Assembly (NCBI RefSeq): GCF_009914755.1
Contig: NC_060935.1
Origin: the human T2T-CHM13v2.0 reference genome, Homo sapiens
Length of the DNA: 64,000 bases
Direction: 5' to 3' (one strand)
Shown here: positions 25,504 to 43,214 of the stretch, one piece after another
Layout: each line of letters starts with the position of its first letter
Numbering within the stretch: the first letter of the stretch is position 1
Position numbers and translations under genes: made by a program
Notes under the pieces: model-generated
The model's database searches: none
Told to the model about the DNA's origin: nothing
What the model saw: only the letters and a program-made list of their open reading frames with translations

Positions 25504-25880
25504 AAAATGTACATAGGAACATAGATAACTTCATGTATCTCTGCTCACCAACTCCCCCTTGCCCCAAACTAACCATACCAAATTCACTATTATCTAATAA
25601 GAATCACTTATATACATATTTCTGGCTTGCCAGAACCTGAGGGAAACCACAGACTTTGAGGAATCCAAGGTCTGGCCTAGTGGTAAAGTTGCTAGTGACT
25701 TTTCTGGTGTCAGATGGAGACTAAGAGGTACCATTTAACCATTTAACTCTCCTCCACATGTTTCACACACATACATATGATCTGACTGTATGAAATCTGA
25801 GAACCTGAACTCTGGACCTGTACTCTTTGGAACCGAGAAGCACCACAGGAATCTATGGGATGAGTGTATGTAAGAGTGTT

Positions 25881-25883
<3 letters not shown>

Positions 25884-25925
<42 letters not shown>
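25884..25925. repeat. (GT)n(GA)n microsatellite
   Basis: Read directly from the sequence. Confidence 0.97.
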
Positions 25926-28900
25926 CTAAAAATGACTTATACTTCCATCAGTCTGAGACAGTTACTACTAATATCTTGGTATCCATCAGCCAGAATGCGT
26001 TCTATGCATGTGCTCACATATACATAAATATACATGATTTCAAAAGACTAATACTTGTAATCTGATTTTTATCTTTTGTTTTGTGTGTTTTCATGCCATT
26101 AAATACTGTTCAAGGAAAATAATCACAACTAATAAATGTGGATAAAATATTTTAAAATATATATTTGAGGGCAAAAGAAAACTAACAAAGTAACCAACAC
26201 TGAGTGAACAAGATTCAAAAGAGCAACACAGCAAGGAAAGATGAACCAAACATTCTGTGTTGATTCTCTCCTCTAGGCATTTTGTCAGTCCACAAATGGC
26301 AATCTAGAGACTAACAGACCTTTCAGAGCTTTCAATAATCTCACTGTACTGGGGAAATAAACATTGATGTTCAGGGCTTGTTAAGGTGAAGACCTGTTGG
26401 TGAACATCTTTGGCTTTCAGTAAGAACACATAAAGGACTATCTACCCCAGTAATAGGAATGCACTGGAAATAATCTGCACTAACACTAAATTCCAGACTC
26501 AAATCAGCTTAATTCCCAATTGAATTAAAGTGATCTGCCAATAATGTCTAAAAGCATGCTTAAAGAAGTAAATTCTTTCTGGGTGTGTATACTATTACCA
26601 GAACCTCAAAGGTTCTCTGTTTTATTTTTTTCACATAAAGGCTGTCATTCAATAAAAGAAAAAAAAATCAAGCATTGAAAAGATAACATTGGACTGATAA
26701 CCGAGAAAAAAATAGACAATAGAAAAAATTAAATTCAGCTAAAGCTGTGCTTAGAGGAAATTTTATAGCCTTAAATTCCATATACTAGACAAAAAGGCTA
26801 AGCATCCATGATCTAATTATTTTTCTCATGAAGACAGAAAGAAAACTGTAAAATAAACTAAAAAATACTAGCAAGAAAAAATGGTAAAATAGGAACTTAA
26901 TGAAATAGAAAATAAATGAACACTAATGAAGTCCTTTAAAAAGACTAGTAAAATTCATACACCCCTAGGAAAAAAAGAGAAAACACAATTTAACCAACAT
27001 AAACAGTGCAAAAAACGAGTCATTCTCATAGATTCTACAGCTTTTTAAAAGAAAATACAAGAATTTTTTAGAATATGAAAATAAGAAGTCAGATCAAGGA
27101 GACAAGGCTTTTGAAAAACCTTAGGAGGAAATTGAAAAATTTGGGTAGTTCTATAGTTATTAAAGATGTTGAAGTCTCTGAAAAACCACAGTATAAGGAA
27201 AATTCTGGACCTAATGGCTTTGAAAGTTAATTTCCCCAAACACTAAAGGAATCAATATTACCAACATAACCAAAAAAAAAAAGGAAAATTATTACAGAGT
27301 GATTTTCTAAAATCAAAAGTCATAGATGTGGGAGAGGCTGAGACGACCAATTAGCTCCCATCTACAGCTCCCACCAAGAAGAATGAAAATGGCAAGTGAA
27401 TCCTGCACCTTCAGCTGAGGTATCCAGGTTCTCTCACTGGGACTAAGTAAGTGGTTGGTGCAACCCTCGGAAAGCAAGGGAAAACAGGATGTAGTGACAG
27501 CCCAGCCAGGAGCTATACAGGGTAAGGGAAACTCCCACCCGCAACCAAGGTAGACAGTGAGTGATTGTGCTACCCAACCAGGGAAACCATACTTTTCCCA
27601 CAGATCTGTGCAACCAGTGGATCAGGCGGTCCCCTGGTGAACTCACACCACCAGGGCCTTGGGTCCCAAGCACAGAACTGTGCAGACTCTTGGCAGCCGC
27701 TCGGGTTTTGGGCAGTGGCAGCAGGCTAGAGACTGCCTAAGACCACTGATTCCAGAGGGGTGAGGGGTAGCAGCCATCACTGCAGCTCCAGGCAGCCATC
27801 TTACCCTGCTAGTACCAGGGAGGCTGAGTGGTTTGAACTGGCAGGAATTCCTCACAGCACAGCACAGCGGCTGTGGCGGATTGTGGCCAGTCTGCTTCTT
27901 TAGGTGGAACCCAGATTCATCCCTCCTCACTGGGCGGGACCTCCCTGTGGGAGTTGCAGCAACTCCAGCCAGGGGTTTATGGACAGAACTCTGATCTCCC
28001 TGGGATAGAGCCCCTGGAGGGAGGGGCGGTTGCAGTCTCTGGTTCAGTGGACTTAGTCTTTCCTGCCTGCTGGCTCTGAGGAGTCAGGGCAGCAAATGGA
28101 ACTCCCTCCAGCACAGTGCATACACTCTGCCAAGGGGCAGCCAGACTGCTTCTTTAAGCAGGTCCCTGATCCTGTGCCTCCTGACTGGGTGAGACCTCCC
28201 AATAGGGGTTGTCAGACATCTCATATAGAAGAGTTCTGGCGGGCATCAGGTTGGTAGCCCTCTGGAACCGAGATCCCAGAGGAAAGTGCAGGCAACCATC
28301 TTTGCTGTTTTGCACCCTCCACTGGTGATACCACCAGGTGCAGGAGAGACCCAAGCAAACAGGGTCTGAAATAGACCCTCAGCAAACTGTAGCATCCATG
28401 CAAAAGAGGGGCCTGAATGTAAAAAAAGAAAAAAAAATAGAAAAAAAGAAAAAACAACAACATCAACAAAAAACGACCCCATAAAAACCCCAGCCAAAGG
28501 TCAACAACCTCAAAGATTAAAGGGAGATAAACCCACGCAAATGAGAAAAAATCAGCACAGAAACGGTGAAAATTTAAAAAGCCAGTGCCTCTTCTCCTCC
28601 AAATGACTGTAACACCTGTCCAGCAAGGGCACAGAACTAGGCTGAGGTTGAAATGGATGAACTGACAGAAGTGGGCTTCAGAAGGTGGGCAATAATGAAC
28701 TTCACTGAGCTGAAGAAGTATGTTCTAACCCAATGCAGAGAAGCTAAGAATCATGACAAAACATTAGAGGAGCTGTTAAAAAGAATAACCAGTTTAGGGA
28801 GGAACATAAATGGCCTGATGGAGCTGAAACACACAACAGGAGAACTTCACGGTGCAACTACAAATATCAGTAGCTGAATAGACCAAGAGAATCTCAGAGC

Positions 28901-31475
28901 TTCAGGATTATCTTGCTGAAATAAGACAGGCAGAAAAGACTAGGGGAAAAAGAATGAAAAGGAATGAACAAGACCTCCAAGAACTACGGAATTATGTAAA
29001 AAAGACTGAACCTACAACTGACTGGGGTACCTGAAAGAGATGAGGAGAACAGAAACAAGTTAAAAAACAAACTTCAGTATGGCATCCAGGAGAACTTCCC
29101 CAACTTAGCAAGACAGCCCAACATTCAAATTAAGGAAATCCAGATAACCCCAGTAAGATACTCCATGAGAAGATCAACCCCAAGGCACATAATCATCAAA
29201 TTTTCCAAAGTTGAAATGAAGGAAAAAATGTTAATGGCAGCCAGAGAGAAAGGTCAGGTCACCTACACAGCAAAGTCTATCTGATTAACAGTGGACCTCT
29301 CAATGGAAACCCTATAAGCCAGAAGAGATTGGGGGACCAATATTCAACATTCTTAAAGAAAAGAATTTCCAACTCAGAATTTCATATCTGGCCAAACTAA
29401 ACTTCATAATCAAAGGAGAAATAAAATCCTTTCCAGACAAGCAAATTCTGAGAGATTTTGTCACTGCCGGGACTGCCTGGAAAGAGTTCCTGAGGGAAGC
29501 ACTGAATATGCAAAGGAAAAACATTACAAGCTACTACAAAAAAAAAAAACTGAAGTACACAGACCAATGACACTATAAAACAACTACTTTAACAAGTCTG
29601 TGAAATAACCAGCCAGCATAATAATGACAGGATCAAATTCACACATAGCAATATTAACCTTCAATATAAATGGGCTAAATTCCCCAAATAAAAGACACAG
29701 ACCGGCAAGCTGGATAGAGTCAAGACCCACAGGTGTGCTGTATTTAAGAGACCCATCTCACATGCGAAGACAAACATAGGCTCAAAATAAAGGGATGGAG
29801 GAAAAATTACCAAGCAAATGCAAAACAGAAAAAAAGCCAGGGGTTGCAATCCTAGTTTCTGAAAAAACAGACTTTAAACCAACAAAGATCAAAAAAGACA
29901 AAGAAGGGCATTACATAATGGTAAAGGGCTCAATTCAACAAGAAGAGCTAACTATGTTAAATACATATGCATCTAATACAGGAGCACCCAGATTCATAAA
30001 ACAAGTTCTTAGATACCTACAAAGAGACTTAGACTCCTACACAATAATAGTGGGACACTTTAACACCCCACTGTCAATATTAGAGAGATCATTGAGAGAA
30101 AATAAAGATATTCAGAATTTGAACTCAGGTCTGAATCAAGTGGACCTGATAGATACCTACAGAACACTTCAATTAAAAACAACAGCATATACATTCTTCG
30201 TGGTGCCACATGACACTTACTCTAAAATTGATCACATAATTGGAAGTAAAACACCCCTCAGCAAATGCAAAAGAACTGAAACCATAACAAACAGTCTCTC
30301 AGACCACAGTGCAATTAAATTAGAACTCAAGATTAAGAAGCTCACTAAAAACCACAAAACTACATGGAAATTGAACAACGTGATCCTTAATGACTCCTGG
30401 GTAAATAATGAAATTAAGGCAGAAATCAAGAAGTTCTTTGAAACTAATGAGAACAAAGAGGAAATGTCCCAGAATCCCTGGGATGCAGCTAAAGAAGTGT
30501 TAAGAAGGAAATTTGATGATGGCCGAATAGCAACAGCTCTGGTCTGCAGCTCCCAGCATAATCGATGCAGAAGACTGGTGATTTCTGCATTTCCAACTGA
30601 GGTACCCGGTTTGTCCCACTGGGACTGGTCAGACAGTGGGTGCAGCCCGTGGAGGGCGAGCCAAAGCAGGGCAGGGCATCGCCTCACCTGGGAAGCACAA
30701 GGGGTTGAGGTATTTCCCTTTTCTAGCCAAGGGAAGCCATGACAGACTGTACTGGGACAATCAGGACACTGCGCCCTAAATACTGCACTTTTCCAACTGT
30801 CTTAGCAAACGGCACACCAGGAGATTATATCCCGCATAAGGCGGCAAGCCTGGCAGGGGGAGGGGCATCCGCCATTGCTGAGGCTTTAGTAGGTAAACAA
30901 AGTGGCCAGGAAGCTCAAACTGGGTGAAGCCCACTGCAGCTCAATGAGGCCCGCCTACCTCTGCAGACTCCACCTCTGGGGGCAGGGCATAGCTGAACAA
31001 ACAGCAGCAGAAACTTCTGCAGACTTAAATGTCCCTGTCTGACAGCTCTGAAGAGAGCAGTGGTTCTCCCAGCATGGTGTTTGAGATCTGAGAACAGATA
31101 GACTGCCTCCTCAAGTGGGTTCCTGACCCCTCTATAGCCTAACTTGGAGACATCTCCCAGTAGGGGCCAATAGACACCTCATACAGCTGGGTGCCCCTCT
31201 GAGACAAAGCTTCCAGAGGAAGGATCAGGCAGCAATATTTGCTGTTCTACAATATTTGCTGTTCTGCAGCCTTCACTGGTGATAGCCAGGCAAACAGCAC
31301 CTGGAGTGGACCTCCAGCAAACTCCAACAGACCTGCAGCTGAGGGAACTGACTGCTAGAGGGAAAACTAACAAACAAAAGGGAATAGCATCAACATCAAC
31401 AAAAAAGATATCCACACCAAAACTCCATCTGTGGGTCACCATCATCAAAGACTAAAGGTAGATAAAACAACAAAG

Positions 31476-32495
31476 ATGGGGAGAAACCAGAGCAGAAAAG
31501 CTGAAAATTCTAAAAATCAGAGTGCCCCTTCTCCTCCAAAGGATCGCAGCTCCTCACCAGCAACGGAACAAAGCTGGACGGAGAATGACTTTGACAAGTT
31601 GACAGAAGTAGGCTTCAGAAAGTCACTAATAACAAACTTCTCTGAGCTGAAGGAGGATGTTCGAACCCATCACAAGGAAGGTAAAAACCTTGAAAAACGA
31701 TGAATGGCTAACTAGAATAAACAGTGTAGAGAAGACCTTAAATGACCTGATGGAGCTGAAAACCATGGCACGAGAACTACGTGACGCATGCACAAGCTTC
31801 AATAGCCAATTTGATCCAGTAGAACAAAGGACATCAGTGACTGAAGATCAAATTAATGAAATAAAGTAAGAAGAGAAGTTTAGAGAAAAAGGAGTAAAAA
31901 GAAATGAACAAACCTCCAAGAAATATAAGACTATGTGAAAAGACCAAATCTAGGTTTGATTGGTGTTCCTGAAAGTGACAGGGAGAATGCAACCAAGTTG
32001 GAAAACACTATTCAGGATATTATCCAAGAAAACTTCCCCAACCTAGCAAGGCAGGCCAACATTCAAATTCAGGAAATACAGAGAATACCACAAAGATACT
32101 CCTCGAGAAGAGCAACCCCAAGACACATAATTGTCAGATTCACCAAGGCTGAAATGAAGGAAAAAATGTTAAGGGCATCCAGAGAGAAAGGTCAGGTTAC
32201 CCACAAAGACAAGCCCATCAGACTAAAAGAGGGTCTCTCGGCATAAACTCTACAAGCCAGAAGAGAGTGGGGGCCAATATTCAACATTCTTAAAGGGAAG
32301 AATTTTCAACCCAGAATTTCATATCCAGCCAAACTAAGCTTCATAAGTGAGGGAGAAATAAAATCCTTTACAGAGAAGCAAATGCTGAGAGATTTTGTCA
32401 CCACCAGGTCTACTTTACAAGAGCTCCTAAAGGAAGTGCTAAACATGGAAAGGAACAACCAGTACTAGCCACTGCAGAAACATGCCAAATAGTAA
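31476..32495 (+). pseudogene. L1 ORF1p (RNA-binding), disrupted
   Basis: MGRNQSRKAENSKNQSA..., KRPNLGLIGVPE, IQENFPNLARQANIQIQEIQR, split across frames and stops in the ORF track. Confidence 0.93.
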
Positions 32496-32558
32496 AGATC
32501 ATCGATGCTAGGTAGAAACTGCATCAACTAAAGGGCAAAATAACCAGCTAACATCATA

Positions 32559-36383
<3,825 letters not shown>

Positions 36384-38986
36384 ACAATGAGAACACTTGG
36401 ACACAGGGCAGGGAACATCACACATCAGGGCCTGTTGTGGGTGGGGGGATGGGAGAGGGATAGCATTAGGAGAAATACCTAATGTAAATGACCAGTTAAT
36501 GGGTGCAGCAAACCAACACGGCACATGTATACGTATGTAACAAACCTGCACGTTGTGCACACGTACCCTAGAACTTAAAGTATAATCTAAAAAAGAGATT
36601 AAAAAAAAGAAAAAGAAGGAAATTTATAGCACTAAATGCCCGCATCAAAAAGGTCTCATATAAAACATCCGAACATCACACAAAAAGAACTAGAGAACCA
36701 AGAGCAAACAGACCCCAAAAGTAGTAGAAGACAAGAAATAACAAGGTCGGAGCTGAATTGAAAGAGATACAGACACAAAAAAAAAGCCCTTCAAAAAAAA
36801 TCAACGAATCCAGGAGCTGGTTTTTTGAAAACATTAATAAAATAGATAGACTGCTAGCTAGATTAATAAAGAAGAAAAGAGAGAAAGTCAAATAGATAAT
36901 AAAGAATGATAAAGGGGATATCATCATGGACCCCATGGAAATACAAACAACCTTGAGAGAATACTATAAACACCTGTATGCAAATAAACTAGAAATCATA
37001 TTAGTAGAAGAAATGGATTAATTCCTGGACACATACACCCTCCCAAGACTGAACCAGTAAGAAGTTGAATCCTTGAATAGAACAATAATGAATTCTGAAA
37101 TTGAGGCAGTAATAAATAGACTACCAATCAAAAATAGCCCAGGACCAGATGGATTTACAGCTGAATTCTACCAGAGGTACAAAGAGAAGCTGGTAACATT
37201 TCTTATGAAACTGTTCCAAACAGTTGAAAAGGAGGGAATCTTCCCTAACTCATTTTATGAGGCCAGCATCATGCTAATACCAAAACCTGGCAGAGATACA
37301 ACAAAAGGAGAAAACATCAAGCCAATATCCCTGATGAACATTGATGCAAAAATCCTCAATAAAACACTGGCAAACCAAATCCAGCAGCTCATCAAAAGCT
37401 AATCCATCACAATCAAGTCGGCTTCATCCCCAGGATGCAAGGCCAGTTCAACATATGCAAATCAATAAACATAATTCATCACATAAACAGAACTAAAGAT
37501 AAAAACCACATGACTATCTCAATAGACACAAAAAAGGTGTTCAATAAAATTCAACACCTCTTTATGTTAAAAACTCTCAATAAACTAGGTATTGATGAAA
37601 CATACCTCAAATTTAATAAGAGCCATTTATCATAGTGAATGGGAAAAAGCTGGAAGCATTCGCCTTGAAAACCGGCACAAGACAAGGATGACCTCCTTCA
37701 CCATTTCTATTCAACATAGTATTGGAAGATCTGGCCACAGCAATCAGGCAAGAGAAAGAGATAAAGTGTATTCAAATAGGAAGAGAGGAAGTCAAATTAT
37801 CTTTGTTTGCAGATGATGTGATCCTTTATCTAGAAAACCCCATCCTCTCAGCCCAAAAGCTTCTTAAACTGATAAGCAATTTCAGCAAAGTCTCAGAATA
37901 CAAAATCAAGGTGCAAAAATTACAAGTATTCCTGTACACCAACAACAGACAAGCAGAGAGCCAAATCATGAATGAACTCCCATTCACAATTGCTACAAAG
38001 AGAATAAAATACCTAGGAATACAACTAACGAGGGATGTGAAGGACCTCTTAAAGGAGAACTACAAGCCACTGCTCAAGAAAATAAGAGAGGGTGCAAACA
38101 AATGGTAAAACATTCCATGCTCATAGATAGGAAGAATCAATATCATGAAAATGGCCATACTGCCCAAGGTAATTTATAGATTCAATGCTATCCCTTCGAA
38201 CTACCATTGACATTCTTCACAGAAATAGAAAAAACTATTTCAAATTTTACATGGTGCCAAAATGAGCCGTATAGCCAAGACAATCCTAAGCAAAAAGAAC
38301 AAAGCTGGAGGCCTCACCCTACGTGACTTCAAACTATACTACAAGGTTACAGTAACAAAAACAGCATGGTACTTGTATAAGAACTGACACATAAATCAAT
38401 GGAACAGAATAGAGAACTCAGAAATCAGACTGCACATCTACAACCATGTGATCTTCAACAAACCTGACAAAAGCAAGCAGTGGGGAAAGGATTCCCCATC
38501 TAATAAATGGTGCTGGGAGAACTGGTTAGCCATAAGCAGAAAATTGAAACTGGATCCCATTCTTACACCTCATACAAAAACTAACTCAAGATGGATTGAA
38601 GAGTTAAATGTAAAACCCAAAGCTATAAAAAGCCTAGAAGAAAATCTAGGCAACACTATTCAGGACATAGGCACAGGCAAAGATTTTATGATGAAAATGT
38701 CAAAAGCAATTGCAACAAAAGCAAAAATTGACAGATGTGATCTAATTAGACTAAAGAGCTTCTGCACAGCAAAAGAAACTATCATGAGAGTGGACAACCT
38801 ACAGAATGGGAAAACACTTTTGCAACCTATTCATCTGACAAAGGTCTAGTATCTAGAGTCTACAAGGAATTTAAACAAATTTACAAGGAAAAAAAAACAA
38901 CCTCATTAAAAAGCGGGCAAAGGACATGAACAGACAGTTCTCAAAAGAAGACATTTATGTGGCTAACAAACATGAAAAAAAGCTCA

Positions 38987-39412
<426 letters not shown>

Positions 39413-40246
39413 GAAACAACAGATGCTGGAGATGCTGCAGAGAGATAGGAATGCTTTTACACTGTTCGTGGGAATGTAAATTAGTTCAACCATTGTGGAA
39501 GACAGTGTGGCGATTACTCAAAGACCTAGAACTAGAAATACCATATGACCCAGCAATCCCATTACTGGGTATATACCCAAAGGAGTACAAATCCTTCTGT
39601 TATAAAGATACACGCATATGTATGTTCATTGCAGTGCTATTCACAATAGCAAAGACATGAAATCAACCTAAATGCCCATCAATGATAGACTGAATAAAGA
39701 ACAATGTGGTACATATACACCATGGAATACTATGCAGCCATAAAAAGGAATGAGATCATGTCCTTTGCAGGGACATGGATAGAGCTACAAGCCATTATCC
39801 TCAGCAGACTAACACAGGAACAGAAAACCAAACACCACATGTTCCCACTCATAAGTGGAGGCCGAACAATGAGAACATATGTACACAGGGAGGGGAACAA
39901 CACACTACTGAGGCCTGTTGTGGGGTACTGGTGGGGAGGGAGAGCATCAGAAAAAATAACTCAGGCATGCTTGACTTAATACTCAGGTGATGGGCGAATA
40001 GGTGCAGCAAACCACCACGGCACATATTTACCTATGTAACAAACGTGCACATTTTGCACATGTACACCAGAACTTAATAAATAAAATAATTTTAAAAAGT
40101 CATAGATGTAAACTTGTAAATAAATATTAGCAAATAATATTCATATTCCCAAATTAAGTTTATTTCATCAATGCAAGGATGGCTTAACATTCAGCAAGCA
40201 ATCTCTGTGTTTGATCACATTAAAATAATAAAGGAGAAAAATCATA

Positions 40247-40581
40247 CTTAGGGCTCCCAACTTATGATGGTTCACATTTAGGGTGATGCAAAAACAATAT
40301 GCATTCAGTAGATGCCATACTTTAAGTACCCATGGAACCATTCTGTTTTTCACTTTCAGTACAGTATTTAGTAAATTACATGATATATTCAGGACTTTAT
40401 TATAAAATAGACTTCTTGTCAGATAAGTCTTCCCAATTGTAGGCTAATATTCTAAGCACACTTAAGGTAGGTAGGATAATCTATGATATTCAGTAGGTTA
40501 GGTGCATTTTTGACTTACAATGTTTTTAACTTATGATGCGTTTATTAGGACATAATCCCACAGTATGTCAAGGAGTGTCTG
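40247..40581 (-). mobile_element. MER47A (TcMar-Tigger MITE)
   Basis: CCATTCTGTTTTTCACTTTCAGTACAGTATT and GTAGGTTAGGTGCATTTTTGACTTAC, ending GGAGTGTCTG. TA flanks. Confidence 0.88.
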
Positions 40582-40702
40582 TAACAATCTTAAATGATGC
40601 AAAAAAGTATTTGATAAAATTTAATACCTGTTCATGATTTAAAGCTCTTAGGAAACTCAGAACATAGGGGAACATCCTAAATTCACATAAACCAATAGCA
40701 AA

Positions 40703-40769
40703 TTTATTTTTATTTTTTTTTAGATGGAGTCTCCCTCTGTCACCCAGGCTGGAGGGCAGTGGCACAATC
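40703..40769 (-). mobile_element. Severely 5'-truncated Alu (about 65 bp)
   Basis: T-tail plus AGATGGAGTCTCCCTCTGTCACCCAGGCTGGAG..CAGTGGCACAATCT only. Confidence 0.88.
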
Positions 40770-41551
40770 TGAACAAAGTCATTCTTAATATGCACTGAAA
40801 TCTTCCCATTGCAATCAGGAGTGACACAGAATACTTGTTATTAACACTTCTATTCATCATTGTATTGGAGGTTCTAAGCAATGCAATAGCCAAAAAAAAA
40901 TACACAACAATTAAAATAAATGAAAGTTATAAAAATTGGAAAGAAAGAAATGAACTGTGATTGTTTTCAGATAACATTATTTTTGTCAACAAAAATCCAA
41001 ATCCAAAAGACAATCCCATTATACGTAGCAACAGAAGTTAGAAAGGTTGCTGGATGTGATGTCAATGTAAGACAATTAATTATAATTCGTATAATATCAA
41101 TGCACAATTTAAAAATTAAATGAGGCCATTAAAGACAGCATTAAAATAACAATTACCCATGAATAAAATAACAAAAGATGCTCAAGACTGCAACACCACA
41201 ACCTAAGAAACATTACTTAGAAAAACAAATATTTTATGAATTCATAGTTATAACATTGTCATAAAGTAGAAGATTCAATATTCTTAAGATGGTAATTCTC
41301 CCCAAACCAATGTATACATTAGCCACAAGCTCAAAATTTTAAAAATACCAACAGATTATTTTGAAGAAACTAACAAGCTGATTCTAAAATTTACATGAAA
41401 ATGCCAATGGCCAATGCTAGTCATGATTTTAAAGTAACATACCAAAGTTGAAGGATTCAAACTCCCATATGTCAAGGCTTAATAAAAAGCTACTGTAATC
41501 ACACGATATAGTGTTATTGCTAAGACAGAGAAATAGCCCAATGAAATAGAT

Positions 41552-41725
41552 TAGAGTCCAAAATCAGACATAAATATATACATATGTATATATACACATA
41601 TATTTATAATATGTATATATACACATATATTTATAATATGCATATATACACATATATAGAGTCCAAAATCAGACATACATATATATATCTCTATATATCA
41701 GACATATATATATAGAGAGAGAGAG
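41552..41725. repeat. TA-rich tract with a 27-bp unit and a duplicated 21-bp flank
   Basis: Units start at 41582, 41609 and 41636. TAGAGTCCAAAATCAGACATA at 41552 and 41657. Confidence 0.9.
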
Positions 41726-41780
41726 GCTTGATTTATGATATAAATGGTACTGCAAAACAATGGGAAAGAATGTTCTTTTC

Positions 41781-42011
41781 CACATGGACACATTGGTGGA
41801 AACACACACTGGGGCCTGTCGGAGGGGTGGGGGGTGGAAGGAGGGAGAACATCAGGAAGAATAGCTAATGGATGCTGGGCTTAATACCTGGGGGATGGGA
41901 TGATCGATCAGTACAGCAAACCACTATGGCACAAGTTTACCTATGTAACAAACCTGCACATCCTGCACATGTACCCCTGAACTTAGAATAGAGGTTGAAA
42001 ATATTTTTTAA
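41781..42011 (+). mobile_element. 5'-truncated L1PA13-15-like 3' end (231 bp)
   Basis: AGGAAGAATAGCTAATGGATGCTGGGCTTAATACC 3'UTR. TSD AAAGAATG(T/C)TCTTTTC at 41765-41780 and 42012-42027. Confidence 0.92.
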
Positions 42012-42474
42012 AAAGAATGCTCTTTTCAATAGGTGGTGCTGAGTTAATTGGATATCCATATACAAATAGTACAGATATTGACTATTCTTTATACTAAGCA
42101 TGTAAGTCAATTCCAAATGGACTGTAAATCTAAATTTTAAAGGTAAAACTATAAAACTTTTAGAGAAAAACACATGAACACCTTCATGGCATTGAGGATA
42201 GGCAAATGTTTCTTAGGACAGAAAAAGAATTAACTTTTAATAAAATTTTGATATATTCTAATACATTAAATGTAATAACTTGTTTATCAAATGACAATAT
42301 TAAGAAAGTAAAGAGACAAGTTTATCAAGTATAAAGAAAGTGAAAAGATATCTTAAGTACACATATATTAACAGTGGTCTTAATTTTGTAAAAAAGATCA
42401 TCCCTTATACAGCATGATTAGAGATCAACCTAGGAAAGCACAGATTCTTTGCATTAACTGAAGGCAAGAAAGAA

Positions 42475-42557
42475 CATTAAGTCATTGGCATTGCAGGACA
42501 ACAGTCCTAAAGGCCATTAAGTCATTGGCATTGCAGGACAACACTCCTAAAGGCCAT
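42475..42557. repeat. 40-bp tandem duplication
   Basis: CATTAAGTCATTGGCATTGCAGGACAACA(G/C)TCCTAAAGGC twice, followed by CAT. Confidence 0.95.
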
Positions 42558-43214
42558 AGGAAGTTATAGGCATAACCACCCCTAGAGAACTACTTGACTT
42601 GTGCTACAGAGTCTGCAGAGGGGGTGATTACCCTCAGTTCCAGCAGTGGGGACATACAGGGTTAAGGATATCTATTGCCCCCCTGATATATTCAAGTACT
42701 ATAGACCAGAAGTGGTACCTTGGTACACAGATAGCAAGATCCCATGCAGAAGCCTACAAATACAACTCAAACCCTTAAATTGTCTTGTGTCCAACATGAG
42801 TGGGAATCACTTCAAATCAATGTTTCAGCATGATTCTGGTGGCCCAATCTCTGGGCCAATGGGTGAGACCCATTCACTAGACTAGAATCAGAGGTAGTCT
42901 ACTGGAATCAGGGCCTGGCCGGGGACCCATGGAATAACCTCATGGGTGCAAGTTCCAGAGCTTCCAGGAGCAACTGATAAAGCCCATGTGTTTTGGGAGG
43001 TAAAATAAGAGAAGAGCACAAGAGAGAGAAACAGGAACTGGGACGTATATGGCTCCCATTCTGGGCTTGGAATAGCCTATTAAAATGGTACTGCCAACCC
43101 AAACATATTTCAGATGTTGCAGAGAGACTTATAAAATTCCCCAGGCAATTACTTATAGTGGGGTCCACAAAGACAAAAGCCTAGGGCAAGTGTCCGTACA
43201 AGTCTATGGGTAGT

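Noticed and set aside
42475-42557. 40-bp repeat as a CRISPR-like array
   Set aside because: Two abutting copies with no spacers, in a eukaryotic context.
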